The notes: generated from the sequence alone by a model not told the origin. Positions 9,240-19,730 are shown, counted from the stretch's first letter. The stretch: DNA of 64,000 nucleotides from Austwickia sp. (GCA_016711265.1 JADJTI010000004.1:102165-166164), one strand, 5' to 3'. Numbers and translations: made by a program.

Positions 9240-10456
9240 CCCGCCACCCTTGCGGCCAGCAGCGCCATCCCCTGACCGCCGCCCACGGCACAGGTGGCGA
9301 CGCCGTACCCGCCGTCGGCCCCCGAACGCACCAACCGCGCGAAGAGCCGCACCACCAGGAGAGCACCCGAGGCCCCCCAGGGGTGGCCGAGCGCGATCGC
9401 GCCACCCTGGCCGCAGACCACCGACCCGGCGAACGGGTCCAGGCGCCAGGCGTCGGTGCAGGCCAACACCTGCGCGGCGAACGCCTCGGTGATCTCCAGG
9501 GCGCCCAGGTCACCGACGTCCAGGCCGCAACGGCCCAGCAGCCGCTCCACCGCGGGCACGGGTCCGACGCCGGGCCAGCGAGGATCCACCCCCACGGTGA
9601 GCCAGTCCAGCAGCGCCAGGCCGGGAACCCCCCAGGCCGCGCGCACCGATTCGGGGACGACCGCGACCACCGCCGCACCGTCACTGATGCCACAACTGTT
9701 CCCCGCGGTGACACTGCCTTTGTTCCCCCCCGCGGCGAAGGCGGGTCGCAGCCGCGCCAACACCTCCTCCCGGAGGGCTCGGGGGCGTTCATCGGCGCTC
9801 AATCCTGCGATCGGGACCAGCTCATCGGCGAAGGCCCCCGCGGCGGCGGCGGCGAGGGTCAGCGTGTGGCTGCGGGCGGCGTACCGGTCCTGGCGTTGCC
9901 GGGAGATCCCGAACCGGTCGGCGACGTCTTCGGCCGCCGCACCCATCTCCGGGTCCCCCAGCGACGGCGGGGCGAACGGGGCCCGTTCGTAGGGCACCGC
10001 GGCCTGCGCCGGCTCCCCCGGCCCCCCCGGCGTAGGCCGGAACGCCCGGTACGGCGCGGTGCTGGCGCTCTCGACGCCCCCGGCCAGCACGAGCGTGGCC
10101 CGGCCTGCGCGGATCAGGGTGGCGCCCTGGTGCACGGCCTCCTGGCCGCTGCCGCACTGCCGGTCGACGGTGACGGCGGGGGCGTGCGCGCCCAGACCGG
10201 CGGCCAGGGCGGCGTACCGGGCGAGGTTGCCCCCGGGGCCCAGGCAGTTGCCGACGATGACCTCATCGGGCTGCGGTGGTCTCCCATCGAGCGCAGGCAG
10301 GTCTTCCAGCACGGCGCGCAGTACGGGCGCGAGCAGGCCGGAGGCGTCGACAGCGGCCAGCCCGTGCCCTGCCGTGCCGATGGGGGTACGCCGGGCGGCG
10401 ACCACCACGGGCGTGTCCGGTCCGATCGCCGGCGGCGTCCGGGTCAGCGGCGTCAT
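9236..10456 (-). CDS. Acetyl-CoA acetyltransferase / thiolase family protein
   Basis: 406 aa. It has the thiolase acyl-enzyme Cys region (VDRQCGSGQEAV), a C-terminal His region (LGHPWGASG) and a Cys region (TCAVGGGQGMALL). It overlaps both neighbours by 4 nt. Confidence 0.85.
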   Translation of the reverse strand: MTPLTRTPPAIGPDTPVVVAARRTPIGTAGHGLAAVDASGLLAPVLRAVLEDLPALDGRPPQPDEVIVGNCLGPGGNLARYAALAAGLGAHAPAVTVDRQCGSGQEAVHQGATLIRAGRATLVLAGGVESASTAPYRAFRPTPGGPGEPAQAAVPYERAPFAPPSLGDPEMGAAAEDVADRFGISRQRQDRYAARSHTLTLAAAAAGAFADELVPIAGLSADERPRALREEVLARLRPAFAAGGNKGSVTAGNSCGISDGAAVVAVVPESVRAAWGVPGLALLDWLTVGVDPRWPGVGPVPAVERLLGRCGLDVGDLGALEITEAFAAQVLACTDAWRLDPFAGSVVCGQGGAIALGHPWGASGALLVVRLFARLVRSGADGGYGVATCAVGGGQGMALLAARVAG

Positions 10457-11703
10457 GCCCGTGCTCCCGGTTCCAGCGCGGCCCGCACCGCGACCCGATC
10501 CACCTTGCCGGCCTCGGTCCGGGGGAGCCGGTCGGCCACCCGCCAGCGTCGCGGCCGGGCCGGTCCGGAAAGCATCCCCCGAGCCTGCGTGCGCAGCGGT
10601 GCCAGGTGCTCGTTCGTGACGATCAGGGCTGCGACCTGCGCGCCCAGCAGCCGGTGCGGCAACCCCACGACGGCGGCGTCGCGCACGCCGGGCAGTGACC
10701 GCAAAACGTCCTCCACCTCACCGGCACTGATCGTGTGACCCCCGACGGTGATCCCTTCCTCGCCGCGGCCGAGGACCTCCAGTCCCGGGCCCTGCGGGTT
10801 GTCGACGGCCTGCGCGCCGAGCCACCGGGCCTCATCGCCGACGGTGGCCCAGCCGTCCTCATCCCTCTGCAGGGGCCCAGGCCGCCCGCCCGGCAGGTAC
10901 CCGCTGGCCTGGTACGGCGAACGAGACCACACGACGTCGTCGCGGATGTCCAGCTCCACCCCGGGGAAGGCCACGAGCGGCGCGTCCACGTCGTACCGGA
11001 CGGCACAGAAGGACAGCTCGGCGGCCCCGTAGTATTCCACCACCCGCAGCCCCGTCGCCGCTGCTTCCCGCCACCACGTCCCGGGCAGCCGGTCGCCCGC
11101 AACCACCGCGGTCCGCAGCCGCGGCAGTTCCCCCGCGCGGACCGAGGCCACCACGGCCGGGAGCGTGGCCGGCACGCACTGTACGGCGACCGCTGCCCGC
11201 GGGTCCTGGCCCGTCACCAACGCCGGCCGTCCGGTTCGGTGGGCATGGAACGCGGCGAACAGCGACAGCGAGCCCCAGAGCGGGCCGGGGATCCAGACCG
11301 GACCCGGTGGCAGCCGGTCCAGTCCGGTCACCCGATCGAAGGCCGCCAGGGAACCCTCCCAGCTGGCCATCGTGCGGCAGATCCCGCGGGGCGCTCCGGT
11401 CGTGCCCGAGCTGAAGGTGACCAACTCGAGGCCGGCGCCGGGTGCCCGGTCGGCGGCCCGGGCCTGCAGCGACTCGATGAGCTCCCCCACCGGCCACCGC
11501 GGATCGACCACGGCCAGGATGTCGGCGGCTTCCTGGCCCTGCCAGCACCGGTGGAGGTGGTCGAGGACCTCCCGGTGACCCTGGTGACCATGCCGAACCT
11601 GGCCGTCAGTCGGCCCCGTACCCGCAGTCACGCTCACGACGGCCGGGGCCACCGGCACGTGGCGGCGTCCCGGTCCGTGCGGCTCGTGATCGGGGTGGAT
11701 CAC
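10453..11703 (-). CDS. AMP-dependent acyl-CoA synthetase/ligase (ANL family), short form
   Basis: The ORF track extends to 11943 but overlaps bioY there. The GTG at 11703 overlaps the bioY TGA (GTGA) and gives 416 aa. ANL motifs are present: TFSSGTTGAPRG, EYYGAAE and RTEAGKVDR. Confidence 0.75.
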   Translation of the reverse strand: MIHPDHEPHGPGRRHVPVAPAVVSVTAGTGPTDGQVRHGHQGHREVLDHLHRCWQGQEAADILAVVDPRWPVGELIESLQARAADRAPGAGLELVTFSSGTTGAPRGICRTMASWEGSLAAFDRVTGLDRLPPGPVWIPGPLWGSLSLFAAFHAHRTGRPALVTGQDPRAAVAVQCVPATLPAVVASVRAGELPRLRTAVVAGDRLPGTWWREAAATGLRVVEYYGAAELSFCAVRYDVDAPLVAFPGVELDIRDDVVWSRSPYQASGYLPGGRPGPLQRDEDGWATVGDEARWLGAQAVDNPQGPGLEVLGRGEEGITVGGHTISAGEVEDVLRSLPGVRDAAVVGLPHRLLGAQVAALIVTNEHLAPLRTQARGMLSGPARPRRWRVADRLPRTEAGKVDRVAVRAALEPGARA

Positions 11704-12371
11704 CGCCTGCGCAGCCCCGGCGTCAGACCGGGGTTGGCCCGGTGCACCGCGGTCGCGATCACCGCCGCCGCCACGGTCTTGATCGCATCGCCGGGCAGGA
11801 ACAACGCGTCGGCCTTGATGGCGGCGGCCAGGTCGAGGTTCAACCGCAGCATCATGCCGGGAATCCCCAGGGCGTGGATGATGACCGAACCCGCGACGCA
11901 GGCCACCAGCACCCACGCCAGCGAGGGCCGCGGAAGCCGCCATTGGACCAGGTAGCCGATCACCGCGGCCGCGATCGGCCAGGCCACCAGGTAGCCGATG
12001 CTCGGCCCGGCGAAGACCGACGGGCCGCCGCGGAAGCCGGACATCACGGGCAGCCCGATCAGGCAGAGCAGGAGCAGCAGCAGCACCGCCGCGGCGCCGC
12101 GCTTCCAGCCCAGGACCGCACCGGCCAGCGCCACCCCGAGGGTCTGCAGGGTGATCGGGACGGCGCTGCCGAACAGGTAGAGACTGCCGGGCATCCCCAG
12201 GACCGCGATCAACGCGGTGAAGGTGGCCACCAGCGCCAGGTCCTGGGCCGACCAGCGCGCCCGAGGCGCCGATGGCTCGGCGGGACCGTCCGACAGCCTT
12301 CCGACAGCCGAGTTGTCCGGATCCGTCGAGTTCGTTGGTCCCGCGGACAACGGGGAGGAGCTGGTGGCCAT
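11700..12371 (-). CDS. bioY: Biotin ECF transporter S component BioY
   Basis: The core ...LALVATFTALIAVLGMPGSLYLFGSAVPITLQTLGVALAGAVLGWKRGAAAVLLLLLLCLIGLPVMSGFRGGPSVFAGPSIGYLVAWPIAA... is BioY-like. I prefer the ATG at 12371 (MATSSSPL...), which follows an AAAGG RBS-like sequence, over the ORF-track ATG at 12431. Confidence 0.8.
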   Translation of the reverse strand: MATSSSPLSAGPTNSTDPDNSAVGRLSDGPAEPSAPRARWSAQDLALVATFTALIAVLGMPGSLYLFGSAVPITLQTLGVALAGAVLGWKRGAAAVLLLLLLCLIGLPVMSGFRGGPSVFAGPSIGYLVAWPIAAAVIGYLVQWRLPRPSLAWVLVACVAGSVIIHALGIPGMMLRLNLDLAAAIKADALFLPGDAIKTVAAAVIATAVHRANPGLTPGLRRR

Positions 12372-12421
12372 GATCGCCTTTCGGGTCGGGCGGCTCGGAG
12401 GCAGGGCGCCGTACGCCTTAT

Positions 12422-12434
12422 TGAACACCATTCA
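12422..12434. promoter_or_regulatory. Candidate operator: near-palindrome TGAAC-N3-ATTCA upstream of bioY
   Basis: The sequence TGAACACCATTCA lies about 50 nt upstream of the preferred bioY start. It resembles the TGAAC-N3-GTTCA BioQ operator reported for corynebacteria and mycobacteria, with one mismatch. No bioQ-like gene is adjacent. Confidence 0.3.
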
Positions 12435-12688
12435 AGTCGAGCGCGGGCCTCGTCACGGCGGCCGAAATGGGGGCTCGGGACGGCACACCGACAGACCCGG
12501 AGGCCCCGGGCGCACCGTGGACACTCCGCTAACCTCTACGGTGGTCACGTGTCCCCCGGCATATGGACGACACGCGCCCCCACTCGATATGAGTGGGTAC
12601 TGCATGAGTCCACGGCACCCGCCGGACCGGGACAAGGCAAGGCAAGCCTCGACTGCGCACTCCCGCGCAGTCAGCGAAGGAGCATGCT

Positions 12689-14227
12689 GTGCGCATCGGA
12701 GTACCCAAGGAGACGAAAGCCGGTGAGACGCGGGTCTCCGCGACGCCGGCGACGATAGCCCAGTTGCAGAAGCTCGGTTACGACGTCGTCGTCGAGTCGG
12801 GGGCCGGTGCGCTCGCCGACATCGCCGACTCGGCGTACCTCGACGCCGGAGCAGCAATTGGCGACACAAAGGAGGTGTGGGGGGCCGACATCGTCATGCT
12901 GGTGAACTCCCCCACGGATGACCAGCTGGGAATGCTGAAAGACGGGGCCTACCTCATCGGTATGCTCAATCCGCGGCTCGACCCGGATGTGGTGGGAAAG
13001 CTCACCAAGCACAACATCACGGCGATGTCGATGGACGCCGTGCCGCGCATTTCACGCGCCCAATCACTGGATGTGCTGTCCTCGATGGCGAACATCGCGG
13101 GATATCGCGCAGTCGTGGAATCGGCGCACGAATTCAGCCGCTTCTTCACTGGCCAGGTGACCGCCGCCGGTAAGGTGCCACCGGCCAAGGTCCTGGTGTG
13201 TGGCGCTGGTGTGGCCGGACTGGCCGCCATCGGCGCGGCGGGCGCGATGGGCGCGATCGTCCGCGCGACCGACGCCCGCCCCGAGGTTGCCGAGCAGGTG
13301 GAATCGATGGGCGCCGAGTTCCTGTCCCCGGACATGGAGCTCGAGGTCTCGGCCGACGGCTACGCCAAGGAGATGGGCGAGGACTTCAATCGCAAGATGG
13401 CCGAGATCTACGCCGAGCAGGCCAAGGATGTCGACATCATCATCACCACCGCTCTCATTCCCGGCCGTCCGGCCCCGAAGCTGATCGACGCCGACATGGT
13501 TGCCTCGATGAAGGCCGGTTCGGTGATCGTCGACATGGCGGCCCAGACCGGTGGAAACGTGGCCGGCACGCTGCGCGACGAGAAGGTCGTCACCGCCAAC
13601 GGCGTGACCATCCTGGGCTACACCGACCTGGCCGGCCGCCTGCCGGGCACCGCCAGCCAGCTCTACGGCACCAACCTGGTCAACATGCTCAAGCTGATGA
13701 CCCCGGAGAAGGACGGCCAGCTGGTCCTGGACTTCGACGACGTCGTCCAGCGCGGCGTCACCGTGGTCCGCGACGGCGAGTCCACCTGGCCCCCGCCGCC
13801 GGTGCAGGTCTCGGCGGCGGCGCCCGCCCCGGCCACGGCCCCGGTCCACGAACCCAAGCCGGTCAAGGAGCCGATGAGCCAGGGCACGAAGCTGGCGCTC
13901 TTCGGCGGCATCGCCGCGGTAATGCTCGCCCTCTTCGCCTTCTCCCCCGAGCCCTTCCTGGGCCGCTTCATGGTGTTCATGCTGGCTGTGGTGATCGGCT
14001 ACTACGTCATCGGAAACGTGCACCACGCGCTGCACACGCCGCTGATGTCGGTGACGAATGCGATCTCGGGCATCATCATCGTCGGCGTGCTCCTTCAAGT
14101 CGGGCGTGAGAACACCCCGATGTACGTGAACATCCTGGCTTTCGTCGGGATTCTCCTGGCAAGCATCAACATCTTCGGTGGCTTCTGGGTCACCCAACGC
14201 ATGCTCGGCATGTTCCGGAAGGACTGA
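12689..14227 (+). CDS. pntA: NAD(P) transhydrogenase subunit alpha (fused alpha1+alpha2)
   Basis: 512 aa with a GTG start after [47 protein letters not shown]... is followed by a Rossmann motif ([17 protein letters not shown]) and C-terminal TM helices. Confidence 0.9.
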   Translation: MRIGVPKETKAGETRVSATPATIAQLQKLGYDVVVESGAGALADIADSAYLDAGAAIGDTKEVWGADIVMLVNSPTDDQLGMLKDGAYLIGMLNPRLDPDVVGKLTKHNITAMSMDAVPRISRAQSLDVLSSMANIAGYRAVVESAHEFSRFFTGQVTAAGKVPPAKVLVCGAGVAGLAAIGAAGAMGAIVRATDARPEVAEQVESMGAEFLSPDMELEVSADGYAKEMGEDFNRKMAEIYAEQAKDVDIIITTALIPGRPAPKLIDADMVASMKAGSVIVDMAAQTGGNVAGTLRDEKVVTANGVTILGYTDLAGRLPGTASQLYGTNLVNMLKLMTPEKDGQLVLDFDDVVQRGVTVVRDGESTWPPPPVQVSAAAPAPATAPVHEPKPVKEPMSQGTKLALFGGIAAVMLALFAFSPEPFLGRFMVFMLAVVIGYYVIGNVHHALHTPLMSVTNAISGIIIVGVLLQVGRENTPMYVNILAFVGILLASINIFGGFWVTQRMLGMFRKD

Positions 14228-14231
14228 GGAC

Positions 14232-15698
14232 ATGGCAATCACACTGGTTCAGGGATCGTTCATCCTTGCCGGCCTGCTGTTCATCCTCAGCCTCGCCGGC
14301 CTGTCCAAGCACACCACCGCCGAAGGCGGCAACCGGTACGGCATGCTCGGCATGGCAGCCGCGCTGATCATCACCGTCTTCGCGGCCGTGATCGGCATCG
14401 ATGCGGCCGGCGAAGCGTACGACCGCACCGGCAGCGGCGCGACGGGCTTCGGGCTGATGGCGCTGGCCATGGTCATCGGCGCGGTCATCGGCATCTGGAA
14501 GGCCAAGAAGGTCGAGATGACCGGCATGCCGGAGCTGATCGCCCTACTGCACAGCTTCGTCGGTCTGGCCGCCGTCCTGGTGGGCTACAACAGCTACTTC
14601 GACGCGCACCACCGGTTGGCCGAGGCTCGCGACCGCGGACTCCCGGCACCTGCGGATCTGGCCGGGTCGATGGAGAGCATTCACAGCGGCGAGGTGTTCG
14701 TCGGGGTCTTCATCGGCGCCATCACCTTCACCGGCTCGATCGTGGCCTACCTGAAGCTGTCGGCAAAGATGGCCTCCAAGCCGCTGATGCTGCCCAAGCA
14801 CAATTTGCTGAACCTGGGCGCGCTGGTGCTGTTCATCATCTTGACGATCTTCTTCGTCATGGACCCCAACCTGCCGCTGCTGCTGATCATGACGGTGATC
14901 GCGCTCTTGCTGGGCTTCCACCTGGTGGCCGCCATCGGCGGTGGCGACATGCCGGTCGTCGTCTCGATGCTGAACAGCTACTCCGGCTGGGCCGCGGCCG
15001 CCGCCGGCTTCATGCTGAACAACGACCTGCTGATCATCACCGGTGCGCTCGTCGGCTCCTCCGGTGCCTTCCTGTCCTATGTGATGTGCAAGGGCATGGG
15101 CCGTTCATTCGTCAACGTGATCGCCGGCGGTTTCGGTGGCGAGACCTCCAGCGCCGGCGGCGACGTCGACTACGGCGAGCACCGCGAGATCACCGCCGAG
15201 GAGACCGCCGAGCTGTTGCGCGGGGCCAAGTCGGTCATCATCACCCCCGGGTACGGCATGGCCGTGGCCCAGGCCCAGTACCCGGTCGCGGAGATCACCC
15301 ACAAGCTCCGCGCCAAGGGCATCAACGTGCGGTTCGGGATCCACCCGGTCGCCGGACGCCTGCCCGGTCACATGAATGTGCTGCTGGCCGAGGCGAAGGT
15401 GCCGTACGACATCGTGCTGGAAATGGACGAGATCAACGACGACCTCGGCGAGACCGACGTGGTTCTGGTGATCGGGGCGAACGACACCGTCAACCCCGCC
15501 GCCTTGGACGACCCCGGTAGCCCGATTGCCGGGATGCCGGTACTGCACGTCTGGGAAGCCGAGAACGTCATCGTGTTCAAGCGGTCGATGGCCACCGGCT
15601 ACGCGGGCGTCCAGAACCCGTTGTTCTTCAAGGAGAACACCCAGATGCTGTTCGGCGACGCCAAGGAGCGCGTCGACGACATCCTCAAGGCGCTGTAG
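14232..15698 (+). CDS. pntB: NAD(P) transhydrogenase subunit beta
   Basis: The internal ATG at 14232 ([14 protein letters not shown]...) lies 4 nt after the pntA stop. A membrane domain is followed by the NADP(H)-binding dIII region (...[13 protein letters not shown]...[23 protein letters not shown]...). Confidence 0.9.
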   Translation: MAITLVQGSFILAGLLFILSLAGLSKHTTAEGGNRYGMLGMAAALIITVFAAVIGIDAAGEAYDRTGSGATGFGLMALAMVIGAVIGIWKAKKVEMTGMPELIALLHSFVGLAAVLVGYNSYFDAHHRLAEARDRGLPAPADLAGSMESIHSGEVFVGVFIGAITFTGSIVAYLKLSAKMASKPLMLPKHNLLNLGALVLFIILTIFFVMDPNLPLLLIMTVIALLLGFHLVAAIGGGDMPVVVSMLNSYSGWAAAAAGFMLNNDLLIITGALVGSSGAFLSYVMCKGMGRSFVNVIAGGFGGETSSAGGDVDYGEHREITAEETAELLRGAKSVIITPGYGMAVAQAQYPVAEITHKLRAKGINVRFGIHPVAGRLPGHMNVLLAEAKVPYDIVLEMDEINDDLGETDVVLVIGANDTVNPAALDDPGSPIAGMPVLHVWEAENVIVFKRSMATGYAGVQNPLFFKENTQMLFGDAKERVDDILKAL

Positions 15699-15766
15699 CG
15701 CCGCGCTAAAAGCTCAGCTGTACGCCGCGCGCCGCACCTGCGGCGGTGGTTGCGCCGGACGACACG

Positions 15767-15800
15767 AGAGGGCCGCTCCCCGAACGGGGAGCGGCCCTCT
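15767..15800. terminator. GC-rich hairpin between convergent pntB and the rhodanese-like gene (bidirectional terminator candidate)
   Basis: agagggccgctcccc-gaac-ggggagcggccctct forms a 15-bp perfect stem with a 4-nt loop. There is no clear U-tract. Confidence 0.5.
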
Positions 15801-15841
15801 GGCGTTCCAGTAATGGACCTGCTGGTGCGGCGGAGCGGTCG

Positions 15842-16270
15842 CTACTCGAGTCGTCGGACCGGGAGGCCGGCCGCCTCCCAGGCGGGGAACCCGCCGACGA
15901 CATGCGTTGCGGGGACGCCGAGCCAGGCCAGCCGGGTCACGATCCGTCGGGCGGTGCTATCGTCGTCGGCCAGCACGTGGGCCGGTACGCCGGGATGGTC
16001 CAGGGTGGCCTGATAGGCGGCAGTCAGGGGGTCGGGCACCTCGCCCAGCTCGATCATCTCGCCGAACAGTTGCGGGTCAACCTGGCCTGTGCGCAACCGC
16101 TGCGCGAGTCCCCGGACGTCGACCAGGAGCGACCGGCCGTAGAGAGCGTCTTGGAAGGCCCCCGCAGGGCTGACGCCCTCACGGCGTACCGGGGTTCCGC
16201 CGCTGAACAGGGCGGTGACGAGAGCGGTCGGGTCAGCGTGCGAGCGGCTGGTCGTGGTGGTGCTGGGCAT
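15842..16270 (-). CDS. Rhodanese-homology domain protein (probably non-catalytic)
   Basis: The C-terminal part ...LLVDVRG...VLADDDSTARRIVTRLAWLGVPATHVVGGFPAWEAAGLPV is rhodanese-like. The position of the active-site Cys loop reads DDDSTARR (Asp instead of Cys). The start is taken at ATG 16270, whereas the ORF track extends to 16357. Confidence 0.6.
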   Translation of the reverse strand: MPSTTTTSRSHADPTALVTALFSGGTPVRREGVSPAGAFQDALYGRSLLVDVRGLAQRLRTGQVDPQLFGEMIELGEVPDPLTAAYQATLDHPGVPAHVLADDDSTARRIVTRLAWLGVPATHVVGGFPAWEAAGLPVRRLE

Positions 16271-16515
16271 CGTGGGCTCCGGGGTGTCGCGGGTGGGCTG
16301 TCGGGCTGTGCGAGCAGCACATTCGACAGTCGCGACAGGACCGCATGAGGCAACCACGCCAGCGCGGCAGATCGCGCAGAGCAGTCGTGGTGTTCATCAG
16401 TCTTCGTCTCCGGGCTCAGCCGCCGATGCCGGCGAGGGGGGGTGCAACAGGGTCCCCAGTCCATCACGTCGTGGGCTTACACGTCCAGTCGACAAATGGG
16501 ATCAGTAACTGAGAA

Positions 16516-17898
16516 TTATTCTTCGAGCGCCCGGCCCCGTTGATCCGGCAAGAGGAACGCCGCGGCGGCGCCGATGGCGAACGCCGTGCCGAGCACCCCG
16601 AACACCAGCGTCAGCCCCCCGGCCTGCTTCAGCACCGGGACCGCCAGGGGGGCCAGGATGCTGGCGATCCGGCCGAAGGCGGCCGCCGCTCCGGCGCCGG
16701 TGCCACGGATCGAGGTCGGGTAGATCTCCGGGCTGATCGCATAGAGCGCACCCCACGCGCCGAGGTTGAAGAACGAGAGCATCATGCCGGTGACCAGCAA
16801 CGCCGTGGTCCCGTTCGCGTTGCCGAACAGCACCGCGGACACCGCCGAGCCCACCAGGAAAGTCGCCAGCGTGGGCCGCCGTCCCCACTTCTCGATCAGA
16901 TACGCCGCCAATGCGTAGCCCGGCAGCTGGGCGAGGGTGATGATCAGGGTGTATTCGAACGACTTCACCATCGGGTAGCCCTGGGCCACGATGAGGTTCG
17001 GCAGCCAGATGAAGGCGCCGTAGTAGGCGAAGTTGATGGTGAACCAGACGATCCACAACGCCGCGGTCCGCCTCCGGTACGCCGGCCGCCACAGTCCCGC
17101 GGGCGCGCGCGGCACCGACGTGGGCACGGGCGCGGCCGCCGAGACGGCACCCGCCGCGGGCGCCGGGATACCTGCGGACTCTTCGAACCGCCGTACCGCG
17201 GCCTCGGCCTCCTGACTCCTGCCGGCCTTCTCCAGGAAGCGCACCGACTCAGGTAGACCGAAGCGCACGACCGCGGCGTACAGGGTGGGCACCACGCCGA
17301 CAGCCAGTGCCCACCGCCAGCCATCCGGCGAGGACGGCACCAGCAGGTACCCGATCAGCGCGGCCAGGATCCAGCCCACCGCCCAGAACGACTCCAGCGC
17401 GACCACCATCCGCCCTCGGATGGCGCGCGGGGAGTACTCGCTGACCAGGGTCGAGGCCACCGGCAGCTCGGCACCCAGACCGAGGCCGACGCAGAAGCGC
17501 AGCACGATCAGGGCCGCGATCGAGCCCGCCAGCGCCGATGCCCCGGTCGCGACGCCATAGACGAGCAGCGTGAGCGCGAACACCTGGCGCCGACCGATCC
17601 GGTCCGCCAGCAACCCGCCCAGGCTCGCGCCGATCGCCATGCCGACGAAGCCGATCGAGCCGATCCACGACTGCTGGGTGGCATCCAGGCCCCACTGCTT
17701 GCCCAGGGCGACCATGACGAACGAAATCAGCCCGACGTCCATGGCGTCTAACGCCCAACCGATGCCGGAGCCGACGAGCAGCTTGCCGTGGGCGGGGGTG
17801 AACGGCAGCCGATCCAGGCGTTCGCTGCGGGTCAATCCCGAGGTCGCTGCCTGGATGGCCGGGGATGAGTCGGCTGCGCTCACGGGGGCGTCCTTCAT
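16516..17898 (-). CDS. MFS transporter (sugar-porter / metabolite:H+ symporter-like)
   Basis: About 12 predicted TM segments. The MFS loop motif is present (GGLLADRIGRRQVFALTLL), and the second half contains ...EKWGRRPTL.... The start is taken at ATG 17898 (MKDAPVS...). Confidence 0.8.
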   Translation of the reverse strand: MKDAPVSAADSSPAIQAATSGLTRSERLDRLPFTPAHGKLLVGSGIGWALDAMDVGLISFVMVALGKQWGLDATQQSWIGSIGFVGMAIGASLGGLLADRIGRRQVFALTLLVYGVATGASALAGSIAALIVLRFCVGLGLGAELPVASTLVSEYSPRAIRGRMVVALESFWAVGWILAALIGYLLVPSSPDGWRWALAVGVVPTLYAAVVRFGLPESVRFLEKAGRSQEAEAAVRRFEESAGIPAPAAGAVSAAAPVPTSVPRAPAGLWRPAYRRRTAALWIVWFTINFAYYGAFIWLPNLIVAQGYPMVKSFEYTLIITLAQLPGYALAAYLIEKWGRRPTLATFLVGSAVSAVLFGNANGTTALLVTGMMLSFFNLGAWGALYAISPEIYPTSIRGTGAGAAAAFGRIASILAPLAVPVLKQAGGLTLVFGVLGTAFAIGAAAAFLLPDQRGRALEE

Positions 17899-17999
17899 CG
17901 TGGTGATCGCCGGACAACCCGGCGGTTCACGATACAGCGCGACGACCACCGGTAGTGCTCATGTCGAGCACACCGGCGCCACGCATGCGATACCGGCCG

Positions 18000-19730
18000 C
18001 TACTCGACGATGATCTCCGGGTACGACGGCGTCCACATGCTCTCGAACACCTGCTGCACCGGGTCGGTCAGCTCGACGGTGGCCAGGCCTTCGGCGGCCG
18101 CAGCCTCCGCCACCGCCAACGCCACGGTGGCCGAGACGAAGCGCAGCTGGTCGATCGAGGGCAGCAGCGCCTCCCCCGGCAACCGTGGGTCCACCAGTGA
18201 GGCCACTGCGCGCGCGGCTGCGGCGATCATCCCGTCGCTGACTCGGCTCGCCCGGCACACGGCTACGCCCAACCCCAGGCCGGGGAAGACCAGGGCGTTG
18301 TTCGCCTGCGCGATGTCGAAGCGGGTGCCCTCAAAGGTCACCGGGTCGAACGGCGAGCCGGTCGCGATCAACGCCCGGCCCTGCGTCCACGCGAGCAGGT
18401 CGGCGGGGACCGCCTCACACTTACGGGTCGGGTTCGACAACGGCATGATGATCGGCCGGTGGGTGTGCGCGGCCATGTCCCGCACGAGTTCCTCGGTGAA
18501 CGAGCCGCGCTGGGCCGACGTACCGATGAGCATGGTCGGCTGCACGTTCCGGACCACGTCGGCCAGGCCGATCCGGCCCTCCCCCGATCGGGCCCAACCG
18601 GCCACTTCCTGAGCCGGCCGCGCGTACGGCGCCTGGAAGGGCCGCATCGGCATCCCCTCGACGATGAGGCCCTTGCTGCCCAAGCACCAGAACCGGGCGT
18701 ACGCCTCCTGGGGGGTCAGACCGCGCCGGATCATCTCGTCGCGGATCAGGTCGGCGATGCCGATCCCTGCTGTGCCTGCGCCGTGGATCACAATGCGCTG
18801 GTCAGCCGGGTTGAGTCCGGCGGCCTTCGAGCCGGAGATCGCCGCCGCGAGCACGATGGCCGCGGTGCCCTGGACATCGTCGTTGAAGGTGCAGCAACGG
18901 TCCCGGTAGGTCTGCAGTATGCGGTGGGCGTTGCTGGCCCCGAAGTCCTCCCAGTGCAGCATGGCGTGCGGGAACAGCCGGGTCGCGGTCTCGACGAAGT
19001 GCTCGATGAACGCGTCGTACCGCTCGCCCCGGACCCGTCCGTGGCGTTCGCCCAGGTAGAGCTCGTCGCTGAGCAACTCCAGGTTGTCGGTGCCGACGTC
19101 CAGCACGATCGGGATGGCCCGGCGCGGGTGGATGCCCGCAGCTGCGGTGTAGACCGACGCCTTGCCGATGGCGATCTGGATCCCGCCGACGCCCTGGTCG
19201 CCGATCCCCAAGATGCCCTCGGAGTCAGTGACCACGAGCAGGTCGACGTCGTCGCCGTCGATGCCATAGCTGAGCAGCGCCTGCTCCAGGCCTGCCTGGT
19301 TGTCGATGGAGAGGAAGACCCCGTGCGGGCGGGCGTACCAGTGGCTGAAGCGCTGGATCGCCTCGCCGATCGTGGGCGTGTAGACGATCGGCAGCATCTC
19401 CTCCAGGTGCTCCGAGAGCAGCCGGTAGAAAAGCACCTCGTTGCGGTCCCGCAGGCTGGACAGGTGGGAGTACTTGGCCAGGTCGCTGGTCTTCTCGCGG
19501 TACTGCGCGTACGTCCGGTGCAGTTGCGCCTCCAGCGACATCACCCCGGTGGGCAGCAGTCCGGCCAGCCCGAGGGCCTTGCGCTCGGCGTAGGTGAACG
19601 CCGTACCCCGGTTCAGGAAGGGGTTGGTCAGGACGTCGTACCCGCGGGCCAGGAAGCGGATGCGATTACGTCCAGCGCCTGGCTGGATCTCGAAACTACG
19701 TAGCGGCATATCTTCACTATCGGCGCTCAT
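18000..19730 (-). CDS. maeA: NAD(P)-dependent malic enzyme
   Basis: 576 aa. ...NPFLNRGTAFTYAERKALGLAGLLP..., ...VVTDSEGILGIGDQGVGG... and the Rossmann motif ...HGAGTAGIGIADL... are classic malic-enzyme signatures. Confidence 0.9.
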   Translation of the reverse strand: MSADSEDMPLRSFEIQPGAGRNRIRFLARGYDVLTNPFLNRGTAFTYAERKALGLAGLLPTGVMSLEAQLHRTYAQYREKTSDLAKYSHLSSLRDRNEVLFYRLLSEHLEEMLPIVYTPTIGEAIQRFSHWYARPHGVFLSIDNQAGLEQALLSYGIDGDDVDLLVVTDSEGILGIGDQGVGGIQIAIGKASVYTAAAGIHPRRAIPIVLDVGTDNLELLSDELYLGERHGRVRGERYDAFIEHFVETATRLFPHAMLHWEDFGASNAHRILQTYRDRCCTFNDDVQGTAAIVLAAAISGSKAAGLNPADQRIVIHGAGTAGIGIADLIRDEMIRRGLTPQEAYARFWCLGSKGLIVEGMPMRPFQAPYARPAQEVAGWARSGEGRIGLADVVRNVQPTMLIGTSAQRGSFTEELVRDMAAHTHRPIIMPLSNPTRKCEAVPADLLAWTQGRALIATGSPFDPVTFEGTRFDIAQANNALVFPGLGLGVAVCRASRVSDGMIAAAARAVASLVDPRLPGEALLPSIDQLRFVSATVALAVAEAAAAEGLATVELTDPVQQVFESMWTPSYPEIIVE

